Below, one piece after another: positions 40,301 to 45,990 of a stretch of DNA of 64,000 nucleotides. Origin of the DNA: an uncultured Gammaproteobacteria bacterium (lineage in GTDB: Bacteria > Pseudomonadota > Gammaproteobacteria > CAISUE01); contig CAYYFQ010000003.1 in the NCBI GenBank assembly GCA_964471475.1, positions 164 to 64,163 on the forward strand, written 5' to 3'. A program made the translations under genes and the position numbers. Numbering within the stretch: position 1 is the first letter of the stretch; every line of letters begins with the position of its first letter. The notes under the pieces were generated by a model. That model was not told the DNA's origin and searched no databases. It worked only from the letters and a program-made list of their open reading frames with translations.

Positions 40301-43300
40301 TGCGGAAAATCTGTCGCCGAAAATTGCCTTAATACACTCGGCGTTAACACGGCAACTTCAATGGGATGTTTGGTTAAGACTTGCTTCAAAGACTCCATGA
40401 TGGAATAGCGACTTGATAACAAATGTAAAATCCCGCCCACCATTAAAGTAGCCAAATCCCAAACCATGGCATCAAAATTCATCGCAGCAAATTGCAATAC
40501 ATGCGTACCGTCACCAACTTCTTGAATAAGCGCGGCCTCTCTTAAAGTATCTGCAACTCCATGATGCTCAATCATGACTCCTTTAGGCGTACCAGTTGTC
40601 CCAGACGTATAAATAACATAAGCGAGACTATCTGGACTCACGGTATTTCTTATATTTTCTTCTAATAGCTGCGTGTTAGCTAGACTGTTTAAATCGGTTA
40701 CCAAAAACGGGTATTCATCATTTGATAAGCTCAACCATCTGGGTACAAGATGAGTTTGGGTTAACACCAAAGACACTTGGGTGTCTTTCAACATGTAGCG
40801 CAAACGTTCATCAGGATGTGCAGGGTCCATCGGCACATAAGCTCCACCTGCTTTCAATACCGCTAAAATTCCAATGATTATTTCAAAAGAACGCTCTATG
40901 CTTAATCCCACTAGCTGGTCAGGTATGGAACCAATCCCTTGAGCGCTTAGATAATGCGCAAGCTGATTGGCTCTTGCATTCAGCACTCGATAAGTCATGG
41001 TTTGATCTTCATATACCAAGGCAATTTGGTCGGGTGTTCTTGTTACCTGGGCTTCAAAGAATTCATGAACCGTTGTTTTGGGGTAATCACATTGTGTTTG
41101 GTTCCATTCAACTAATTGTTGGTGAACTTCTGCTTCGCTAAGCAGTGACAATTCGTGTAAATAAGCTTCTGGCCGCTTGACCATCTGCGTTAAAAACCGC
41201 TCAAAGCGCTCCATTAAACGATGTATTGTTTTTGGTTTAAATAGATTTTTTGAATATTCCATATAAGCATGGATTGCTTTTCCTCGATATACCATATCAA
41301 GTGCCAGATCAAACTTCGCAATGGGGTATTCCCCCTCTTCTAAAAAAGAAACATCTAGATTTCCTAAAGGTTGTAATTCCGTAGTATCTTCTCGATAAGC
41401 CAACATCACTTGAAATATCGGATTTGCGTTGGTTTGACGGACAATATTTAAGTGATTCACCAGGTGTTCAAATGGAATATCTTGATGTGCATAAGCATCC
41501 AGCGTCGTCGCTTTTATTTGCTCAATGAATTCCTTAACCGTTAATTTTTCACTAAAGTCAGCTTTTAATGCTAAAGTATTGACGAAAAATCCTATCAGCG
41601 ACTCGGTTTGTTCTGCCCGCCGATTCGCAATGGGGCTACCCACCACAATAATTTTTTGACCACTATAGCGATGTAATACTGCCTGAAAAGCAGCTAACAT
41701 CACCATATACATCGTAACTTGGTTTGCTTGAGCAAATATTTTAAGTTTACTCACCACTTCTTCAGACAAATTAAAACCCACACGTCCACCGGCGTAAGTT
41801 AATTCCTTCGGGCGTGGGTAATCGGTAGGTAAGGTTATTAGTTCAGGAATATCATTGAGCTGTTGTTGCCAATAAGCGACTTGTTCTTGTAGCACCGCAT
41901 CTTTTAACCAAGTGCGCTGCCACAAAGTATAATCCACATATTGCACAGGAAGCGGCGCTAATTCCTGACTGCCTTCACTATACTGACGATAAAACTCAAA
42001 TAACTCTCGTAAGTAAATTTGTATGGATACACCATCCGTAATGATATGGTGCATCACAACAAATAAAATAAATGTATCTTTTTCTAAAACAATCAATTCA
42101 CCACGAATCAGTGGCCCACGTGTTAAATCAAATGGAGCTAAGATTCCCTCTTCTATGTATGTCTTTACGTCTTTAGACAAACTGGCAGCATGTTGAATCA
42201 AGAGTCTAGGAATTTTATTGGCTTCATCAACAACCTGAGTAGCTTCGCCGACCACCGATTCAAAGTGCGTGCGTAAGCTTTCATGGCGTTCGATCATTGC
42301 CATATAAGCACGACTTAAAGCATCGGTATGACATTGCCCCTGCAGCTTTAACACTAAAGGCACTTGGTACACTGCGTTCCCCGGCCTGAGTTGTTCTAAA
42401 AACCACAAGCGCTGCTGCGCAAATGATAAAGGAATAAACTCAGAACGCAATTGCTTCGTTAATACGGGTAACGCTAAGGTTTGACCCAGCGATTCATCAA
42501 TTGCTTTTGCCATCGCTTGCAAATCAGCTAAATTAAAAATAGCTTTTAAACTGAGCTCCGTTTGCCAACCTTCGCGAACTTTGGATAATAAGCTCATCAT
42601 GAGCAATGAGTGTCCGCCCAAATGAAAAAAGTTATCGTGTAAGCCAATTCTATCCACCGGTATATGCAATATCTCGGACCAAAGCGCTGCCAGGCGTTTT
42701 TCTGTTGTTGTTTCTGGCGCATGATAATCTTGCTTGTCGCCATCATCAATAGAGAGTTGTGACAATGCCTTGCGATCAATCTTCCCATTCACATTTAATG
42801 GCATGGTATCAACCAACATCATGTGCGCAGGAACCATGTAATCCGGTAAAACAGTTGCTAATTGTGTTCTTAGTGTTTGAATATAATCTTTCTTACTCTG
42901 TAAATCCTCACCCAATAGTTGAGCAGGAACAACATAGGCCACCAATTGTTTGTTACCGGCCTCTTCTCTGACTAAAACCGCGGCGCAATCAACCTGCGCT
43001 TGTTGTGATAATTGTTCTTCAATTTCCTCTAACTCAACTCTAAATCCTCGAATCTTAATTTGATTATCTGCACGTCCAATATAGTCCAAATCGCCATCGA
43101 CCGAATAACGCACCCAATCGCCTGTTTTATACAATCTTACGGGTTCGCTTTCGCTATCAAATCGATGCCAAATAAATCGCTCTTTGGTCAAATCCTCTCG
43201 ATTTAAATAACCTCGTGCTAAACCCACACCACCAATGTACAGCTCTCCAGCCGCCCCTAGCGGCAAAAGATTTAAATTCTCATCCAACACATAAGCTAAA

Positions 43301-45930
43301 GTATTACTAACAGGATATCCTATAGAAATATTTTCATCTTTGACCACAGCAACAAATGAGGTAATCGTCGTTTCAGTCGGACCATAGACATTAAAAATTT
43401 TTGTATCTGCATCGCCTTTAATTTTTTTACAAATACTGGCCGTTAATTTTTCACCTCCCGCTATAATTCTTTTGACAGACCTCACTCTATCAAACGTATA
43501 AAGTTCTAAAAGGCTCGGCGTAGCATGTACATGGGTAACACCATGCGCATTAAGATAATGGTAAAATTGCTCTTTTTGTAACCACAATCGATTAGGCAAC
43601 AGCAACAACTCATAACCATTTAACAGCGGCAACATGATTTGCTCTACTGAAGCATCAAAAACATAATTAAAAAATTGCAACATCACTTCGCTACGGTCAA
43701 GCTGATAACGTTGTTTTAGATCAAACAATAAACTTACAACACCAGCATGCTGTACAAGCACCCCTTTGGGTTTTCCTGTGGAACCTGAAGTATAGATAAC
43801 ATAAGCCAAATCTTGCGGCTTTGATGTTCCTACCAGATTGTCTTGCGCAAATGCATCAAAAATATCAGTCTGATCTAAAGGGACTATTGAAAATTGAGGC
43901 ATGCCTACAGACAATTTGCGCCATCTTGGTAATAAACTTTCTTGTGTCAGCAATATATTTATTTGAGTGTCCCCCAGAATATAGCTTAGCCGGTCATCGG
44001 GGTAAGTAGGATCCATCGGCACATAAGCAGCACCTGCTTTTAATATGCCTAATATGCCAATAATCATTTCAAAGGAACGCTCGATAACTAAGCCTACAAA
44101 TTGATCGGCATCTGAGCTTATTCCATGTGCTCTTAAGTAATGCGCTACTTGATTTGCTCTGGCATTCAGCTCGGCATAACTCATTCGTTGATTTTCATAA
44201 GCAAGTGCAACCTGATGTGGGGTTCTTGCAACTTGCGCTTCGAAGAGTTGATGCAATGTCGCTTGGGGAAAAGGCTGGGTCGTTTGGTTCCACGTTAGAC
44301 GTTGTTGATGAACTTCTGCCTCCGTCAGCATTCTAATGTCTTTAAGCGCAATTTGTGGCGCTGCAGTCACAACGTCAAGGATTCGACAATAGTGCGTAAA
44401 TAATCGCTCAATACAAGCTTGGGTATATAAATCACTTCGATAATTGAAAGTTAAATAAACTTGACGCTGGTTTTCAATGAATTCCACCCCGATAGGATAC
44501 TTGACTGTGCCTGGCGTTTCATGATCGACAGGATAGGATTGGAATGTAAAGGGTAAATGATAATCGGTTTGAGATGCACCTAAATTCAAGCCAAGCTGAT
44601 AGACAAAAAACGCTTCAATCAGATCGTCCGCATGTCCTGTTTTTTGGAAAGCGCTTCTAACAATATCATTATAGGGTACCTGACCATTGAGTAAATCGTA
44701 TTGCACATCGGCTTTTAATATTTTTAACCATGTTGAAAATGTCTGCTCATTTTCGAGCTGACAGCGAAGCGGTAATGTATTGACAAAACAACCGACGGCA
44801 GACTCACATCCCGGCAATAAACGATTGAAAAATGCTGTCCCAACCAATATATCTTTTTGCTGAGTATATTTAGCCAATAAAATAAAATAAGTAGCTAAAT
44901 ATGTGGTAAAGGGCGTTGCTCCTTGTGCTTTACTTAACCGTAGCATACTTTGATGGTAAGCTTCTGGTAAGATAAAAGTCATGCTGTGCCCGCTCTCTTG
45001 AGTAACTATTGCCGAGCTAGTACTATGCACATCAGCAGGTAATACAATACGTGATTCATAACCACTTAACCGTTGCTGCCAGTAGCGTAACTGCACTTGA
45101 TAATCTTGAGAAGTGCACCAGTCTTTCTCCCACGCCGCATATTGACGAAATTGAAAAGCCGGCGGTAATAACGATAATGATAATTGAGGATTTGGATCTA
45201 AAAGGGCGCGATATAACGTAAAAAGATCTTTAAAAAATATTGAACCAGAAGCACCGTCAACAACAATGTGATGAAAAACAAAAAGTAATACAACCGTATT
45301 GGTAGAAGTATAAAATAGCTTCACCCGCCATAAAGGCGCTTTACTTAAATCAAATGGCTCTTTAATAAAACTACATTCTTGTACCCCAAGATTTTTAATA
45401 TCAATCGCTGCATCACTTCTTTTATCAGCAGTAACCAAAGATACCTGCGCTTCAGGTAAAATTTCTTGAATAATTTGTCCTGTTTCATCAAGCCTATACT
45501 GCGTACGCAAAATCTCATGACGCTGCATTAACTGAGCTAATGCTTGCTTAAAAATTTCTTCAGAAAATTGCCCACTTAACTCCAGCACATTATGTTCGTA
45601 ATAAGAAGCAGGCTCACCGAGTAGCTTATCTAGAAAATAAAATCGTTCTTGGCTTTTTGAAGCAGACAACACAATAGGTGCAGTCTGCTTTGTGAAAGAC
45701 ATAAGTTCATATTGCCCCTCACCTGAAAGATCTTCTTCCTCACAAATCCCTTCATGCTCTAGTAATAACTCAACTAGCTCATCAAATCCTAATTCTGCCG
45801 CCAATGCAGATGGTGTTAGTTTAGACACCGCATCGACACTCGATAAATTAACACCCTTTTTCAAAAAATATTGAACAGCCTGTTGATCGTTTTTACGAAT
45901 TGCATCAAAAATATTTGCGTACTCATACAT
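28351..45930 (-). CDS. Tetramodular NRPS with a fused C-terminal extension (5859 aa): ANK(N)-C-A-T-C-A-T-C-A-T-E-C-A-T-TE-ANK-TM(~12, MATE/MOP-like)-OTU
   Basis: Single uninterrupted ORF with a GGAGG Shine-Dalgarno 9 nt upstream. C-domain His motifs: HHIVVDGASG (~45250), HHIITDGVSIQ (~42040), HHIITDGVSMQ (~38850), HHAILDGWSG (34351..34383). E domain: HHLIVDAVSW (~35710). A-domain cores: YTSGSTGKPKG (~43780), YTSGTTGTPKG (~40600), YTSGSTGQPKG (~37410), YTSGSTGRPKG (~32950). Carrier Ser codons: 42607..42609 (GGHSL), 39418..39420 (GGHSL), 36244..36246 (GGDSI), 31783..31785 (GGNSL). TE GWSMGG Ser codon: 31390..31392. Confidence 0.95.
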   Translation of the reverse strand: MYEYANIFDAIRKNDQQAVQYFLKKGVNLSSVDAVSKLTPSALAAELGFDELVELLLEHEGICEEEDLSGEGQYELMSFTKQTAPIVLSASKSQERFYFLDKLLGEPASYYEHNVLELSGQFSEEIFKQALAQLMQRHEILRTQYRLDETGQIIQEILPEAQVSLVTADKRSDAAIDIKNLGVQECSFIKEPFDLSKAPLWRVKLFYTSTNTVVLLFVFHHIVVDGASGSIFFKDLFTLYRALLDPNPQLSLSLLPPAFQFRQYAAWEKDWCTSQDYQVQLRYWQQRLSGYESRIVLPADVHSTSSAIVTQESGHSMTFILPEAYHQSMLRLSKAQGATPFTTYLATYFILLAKYTQQKDILVGTAFFNRLLPGCESAVGCFVNTLPLRCQLENEQTFSTWLKILKADVQYDLLNGQVPYNDIVRSAFQKTGHADDLIEAFFVYQLGLNLGASQTDYHLPFTFQSYPVDHETPGTVKYPIGVEFIENQRQVYLTFNYRSDLYTQACIERLFTHYCRILDVVTAAPQIALKDIRMLTEAEVHQQRLTWNQTTQPFPQATLHQLFEAQVARTPHQVALAYENQRMSYAELNARANQVAHYLRAHGISSDADQFVGLVIERSFEMIIGILGILKAGAAYVPMDPTYPDDRLSYILGDTQINILLTQESLLPRWRKLSVGMPQFSIVPLDQTDIFDAFAQDNLVGTSKPQDLAYVIYTSGSTGKPKGVLVQHAGVVSLLFDLKQRYQLDRSEVMLQFFNYVFDASVEQIMLPLLNGYELLLLPNRLWLQKEQFYHYLNAHGVTHVHATPSLLELYTFDRVRSVKRIIAGGEKLTASICKKIKGDADTKIFNVYGPTETTITSFVAVVKDENISIGYPVSNTLAYVLDENLNLLPLGAAGELYIGGVGLARGYLNREDLTKERFIWHRFDSESEPVRLYKTGDWVRYSVDGDLDYIGRADNQIKIRGFRVELEEIEEQLSQQAQVDCAAVLVREEAGNKQLVAYVVPAQLLGEDLQSKKDYIQTLRTQLATVLPDYMVPAHMMLVDTMPLNVNGKIDRKALSQLSIDDGDKQDYHAPETTTEKRLAALWSEILHIPVDRIGLHDNFFHLGGHSLLMMSLLSKVREGWQTELSLKAIFNLADLQAMAKAIDESLGQTLALPVLTKQLRSEFIPLSFAQQRLWFLEQLRPGNAVYQVPLVLKLQGQCHTDALSRAYMAMIERHESLRTHFESVVGEATQVVDEANKIPRLLIQHAASLSKDVKTYIEEGILAPFDLTRGPLIRGELIVLEKDTFILFVVMHHIITDGVSIQIYLRELFEFYRQYSEGSQELAPLPVQYVDYTLWQRTWLKDAVLQEQVAYWQQQLNDIPELITLPTDYPRPKELTYAGGRVGFNLSEEVVSKLKIFAQANQVTMYMVMLAAFQAVLHRYSGQKIIVVGSPIANRRAEQTESLIGFFVNTLALKADFSEKLTVKEFIEQIKATTLDAYAHQDIPFEHLVNHLNIVRQTNANPIFQVMLAYREDTTELQPLGNLDVSFLEEGEYPIAKFDLALDMVYRGKAIHAYMEYSKNLFKPKTIHRLMERFERFLTQMVKRPEAYLHELSLLSEAEVHQQLVEWNQTQCDYPKTTVHEFFEAQVTRTPDQIALVYEDQTMTYRVLNARANQLAHYLSAQGIGSIPDQLVGLSIERSFEIIIGILAVLKAGGAYVPMDPAHPDERLRYMLKDTQVSLVLTQTHLVPRWLSLSNDEYPFLVTDLNSLANTQLLEENIRNTVSPDSLAYVIYTSGTTGTPKGVMIEHHGVADTLREAALIQEVGDGTHVLQFAAMNFDAMVWDLATLMVGGILHLLSSRYSIMESLKQVLTKHPIEVAVLTPSVLRQFSATDFPHLKTLIAMGEALDESLMQYWAEKCRIFINGYGPTEATICTTLSVYNSQAKNFLAARIGRPIANTNLYVFDENTQLLPIGIPGELYVGGQRLARGYLNRQDLTNERFIWHRFSGESDPVRMYRTGDLVRYSADGALEYIGRVDNQIKIRGLRVELEEIEAQLLKQAHIAHAAVIVREESGEKQLVAYLVTDQVFNEDVQSKKDYIQALRTQLAKFLPNYMIPAHMILIDVMPLNVNGKVDRKALSQLFIDDCAQQDYRAPETATEKHLAELWSALLHIPVDRIGLNDNFFHLGGHSLLMMNLLSEVREAWQTELSLKTIFNLASLQEMASTIDESLGQTLSLPALARKVRPDVVPLSFAQQRLWFLEQLMPGKAVYQVPLVVKLSGRCDIDVLSRAYTAMIERHESLRTRFASVAGEAVQVVDETDKIPRLMVRDVASLGEDVRAYLQKGIATSFDLTRGPLIRGELIVLGEDAFILFVVMHHIITDGVSMQVYLQELVRHYRQYSEGGHELTPLPVQYVDYTLWQRSWLKDEALQEQVDYWKQQLSDIPEMISLPTDYKRPKELTYSGGRVSFHLPLEVVEEIKAFAKANQLTMFMVVLAAFQTVLHRYSGQKIVVVGSPIANRRVQQLESLIGFFVNTLALKADFSEALTVNELIEQVKATTLDAYAHQDIPFEHLVNHLDIARQLNANPIFQVMLAYQEYIEQPELWEGTQATFLEEEYPIAKFDLTLSIHDQGKGFNGSIEYAKDLFKEETIACFSEHFQRILLEMVKRPEVYLHDLAFLSETEIHQQLIEWNQTQRPYLLTTIHALFETQVERTPDQTALVYEEHTMTYRELNARANQLARYLRTQGIGTTPDQLVGLGTERSFEMMIGILGILKAGGAYVPMDPIHPDERLRYMLQDTKVSLVLTQAHLISRWSALSSEAQQFSVIALDAMHDDSEFSQDNLLSLAKPEDLAYVIYTSGSTGQPKGVMIAHQGVVNLCARTARYDGFTQGSHVLQFSSMSFDAMVWEWTSALTLGGVLHLLSSRYPVLEALQIVLAQHPIEITLLTPSVLRQIPKKDLAHLKLLFVGAEALDPMLFNQYRHLCHFINLYGPTEITVFATNCIQTSDSLLPASCIGCAIDNTQMYVLDTHMQLLPKGAVGELYIGGVGLARGYLNREDLTQERFIWHRFDRESAPQRLYKTGDLVRYCADGYVEYIGRVDNQIKIRGFRVELEEIEAQLLKQAHVVHAAVIAKEASGSKQLVAYIVCDQIFDEGSENKQDYIQALRAQLATFLPDYMIPAHMMLLDQMPLTVSGKVNRQALPKFASDMLEQYVEPSNAVEATLCCIWAEVLNLEKVGVEDDFFRIGGDSILSIQLASKLRAAGFACSIKTLFECRTVQSLAQAISAHNALSIIDAEQGVLEGSFGLLPIQQYFFASHHIRPHHWNQSFLIKVPQLEFARLEAILPLLVNQHDALRLCYQNGAQTYHCAIPIPEIKRLECANLTVDDLQAKLTEWQSHFDIINGPLWQVGYIEGYADGSARIYFALHHLIVDAVSWRILAEDLKTLYEGGVVGTKTSSYRQWVNAVSTYGDRHQDELPYWRSVVQDQRVYPKLDDYPHTYQMKLDQDWTRDLVQRSSQTYYTEINDLLLTALAYALHAWNGSSGNHIILEGHGRENIAETLDVDHTIGWFTTLYPVRLVLGADVGSSIKLIKECLRKIPTKGLGYGVFRYQLQDQVLNAHPLPVVSFNYLGQFNATGDQLWQLSAEASGTGVHEDNLSDYYLNLNGAVVNGELQFSVTSKLGEPLSLAFIAAFEEALKTIIRHTMECIQTGLQQHTPSDFPYVTISATLLNQLEAEGAIEDIYPANSLQQGFIHHALMQPEDDAYRVQLLMDYHAPLEVDHYQAAWQKAIETYPILRTCFAWEEALIQIIYRSGKLIFKEHDISDEVDKEAAVKAIQAADREEAFDLSKRELLRIHLIKHAIDHYTIMKSEHHAILDGWSGPILLDTVQTYYAQLRQGESIIIQPDKSYIKVQEYFVTHKETVKRYWQEKLARGAEANDINALLSCHVDLDKVKAIRDPQTAIIILKNEDYASLHRLARAEGFTVNVLLQYAWHKLLHVYTRSTTTIVGTTIAGRDLPIEGVERSVGLYINTLPLIIDWDGEETVLEQLKQLHQRIMELNTHSYVELANLQQRGRRLFHSLFVFENYPVERAMVDEESQIVFRSSIEKLDYPLGIVAYESNGELGISLKYAGEYLETERAKQLLEQMVRIVKVLSMKLHQTHQQISLASEEEYQLQIYHWPQTQFTYPQMTLPELFEAQVDKTPDQVALVYEGQAMTYQKLNARANQVAHYLRSEGIGAIPNQLVGLGMERSFAMIIGILAVLKAGAAYVPMDPAYPEQRLYYMLEDTQITLLLTQTHLVQKWLSLSNAERPFAVVPLDSTAQYGMFPQENLPQVSRPECLAYVIYTSGSTGRPKGVMIETHGVVNYLFNLHEHFADAQRIDFSSNLSFDLSVTTTLYPLCFGKTIFLYSGSLLESDRFVQHLVENQIDLVKSTPALMSAIHLGFNGNYRLMYCIVGGEKLDRQSARHILSYSDCIYDEYGPTETTVGATYYRITDQTREYNIGKSYHNYQCYVLDPYHNILPIGVAGELYIGGAGLARGYLHRDDLTSERFITHQFSEMDAPVRLYRTGDLVRYAIDGNLEYIGRADNQIKIRGFRIELEEIETQLLKHAYVVNAVVVARENQGSKQLIAYLVLDQAFDGDSQDYVSQVRSQLATFLPDYMIPAQLVLLDKIPLTANGKVDRKALPALDFDQLSETYIAPQTVTERKLAELWSQMLHIPVECIGMRDNFFDKGGNSLLVIQLIHSVKAQLSIEMTIGHFYQSPTIETIIQAQESPSMDLMDASIIPFAVDRLAPPIFLFHPRSGFATLYRSFSSALAREFSVYAVNYPGLVEEEMVYYKAFSALAKDYIQRIKTVAPQGPYHLGGWSMGGSIAVEVTRQLQAAGEVVATLILIDSGYQTYADEVGYPFMKLFTNHLLAKLHPELANQFDVAQRITDISFHVENLMLAYQAEKIQAVEKIVFVKCQGHVVSLANQYAANIAWGFNSLFNGLEHCFAESQPIHFADIACGHFEVFDQPWQNILNRLVPSLLSEDALNAYRIGDDRHNLLLAAKRGATYQVRRILSETAHQLLNVQDEEGKSLLHHSIEFGHIHLANFLIARGIDINLRDHDGQTALDGLSTHTMSMAYLRDCLSLRLDIVPASNSDLEQAGAIHVDRAEERLQQVARRKGKHALHIKQLWRTFKATCRRDFIDSSWHSGLEVSLPYTAVGVLNLTQKLLILRMLSSNSLALIGAFVLDDTVVSTVSSLAQHLNTPLANYLNVALSRNNADEVGRAFNAGLFLSTSMVIPLFVYGSLAKQIGEAIGMESDLTQAWSLLAFTHMIGAIPALGSITLEGFYSIVYERRMMAFGAAMEAGAALLSTFLFNEKGDLNGQNLGIALSIGSISKFAFYMLDLYRQDHLRHYPLFRNFPWPLIKRYWADMGRYLYTPFFSLSNYLLTAALFASKDSSALDLVGYAVARSAFDLVNLSGSIIGPVSSLIMSRFEAGSQYKNILSMGVLGMTTSLSFAAIPAVVLSAISGEQLTQLFISTEAIPDLIESTFFGSVRFSAYFFIGISLINSLRTLLNRYLGQSFAYSAIQKIACYCSFLLCNGLILTTFLAFDVDAQNLIPEIFAVQAVSLLLELFEWLRVSDFECALEQGEQKIVEVETDLLPSIPVSKRPVSQIMPFFATAKLNTGSIDPHDMAKLSTLLINLERIKYELDLEQALHLSQATSGENVGSSSLLLTQATRYGFAIEDRLVWHDGNCFLHAVEDQLKIRNIEQNVSYEQLRERAAAFMLTHSEEFKPFIEALDEANPESYIRRAYKDGEWVDDPMISALARTMDMTFIIIRSDVEQPTVINPDKEHCLYIGYYVGLHYVSLRGAAIQDETRILIPRNNFKNT
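28396..28833 (-). other. C-terminal OTU-family cysteine protease (deubiquitinase-like) domain
   Basis: The Cys loop is VWHDGNCFLHAV (Cys codon 28759..28761) and the His loop is YYVGLHYVSL (His codon 28429..28431), about 110 aa apart as in OTU folds. An acidic/aromatic segment lies between them (YKDGEWVDDPMISALA). Confidence 0.8.
29120..30440 (-). other. Polytopic membrane domain (about 12 hydrophobic helices, about 440 aa) with MATE/MOP-exporter-like two-fold internal symmetry
   Basis: It runs from ...FIDSSWHSGLEVSLPYTAVGVLNL to ...LLLELFEWLRVSDFE. I counted 12 hydrophobic segments by eye. Each half has a MATE-like loop motif (NVALSRNNADEVGRAFNAGLFL and SLIMSRFEAGSQYKNILSMGVL). Confidence 0.6.
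30630..30880 (-). other. Post-TE ankyrin repeats (about 3)
   Basis: HNLLLAAKRGATYQVRRILSE...DEEGKSLLHHSIEFGHIHLANFLIARGIDINLRDHDGQTALDGL. Confidence 0.75.
30900..31640 (-). other. Type I thioesterase (TE) domain
   Basis: PPIFLFHPRSGFATLY... and PYHLGGWSMGGSIAVE (GxSxG). Confidence 0.85.
34800..36110 (-). other. Epimerisation (E) domain of NRPS module 3, followed by a DCL-type C domain
   Basis: It starts at ...GSFGLLPIQQYFF and carries HHLIVDAVSWRIL. The next C domain starts at YPANSLQQGFIHHAL. Confidence 0.8.
45750..45930 (-). other. N-terminal ankyrin-like repeats (about 2) of the NRPS
   Basis: MYEYANIFDAIRKNDQQAVQYFLKKGVNLSS...LTPSALAAELGFDELVELLLEHEG fits the ANK helix-turn-helix consensus. 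It is homologous to the PKS2 N-terminus. Confidence 0.65.
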
Positions 45931-45990
45931 CAGTATAATCCTCCAATAGAAAATTGATGTTTTATAACCGGCATGGCAGAATTACCCGCT

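Noticed and set aside
28961-45874. Many 60-115-aa plus-strand ORFs inside the NRPS (for example 28961..29248, 39197..39538 and 45692..45874), with similar ones inside the PKS genes (46499..46846, 58239..58734)
   Set aside because: All are antisense or off-frame within long, motif-rich minus-strand CDSs. They are expected by chance in a sequence of this length.
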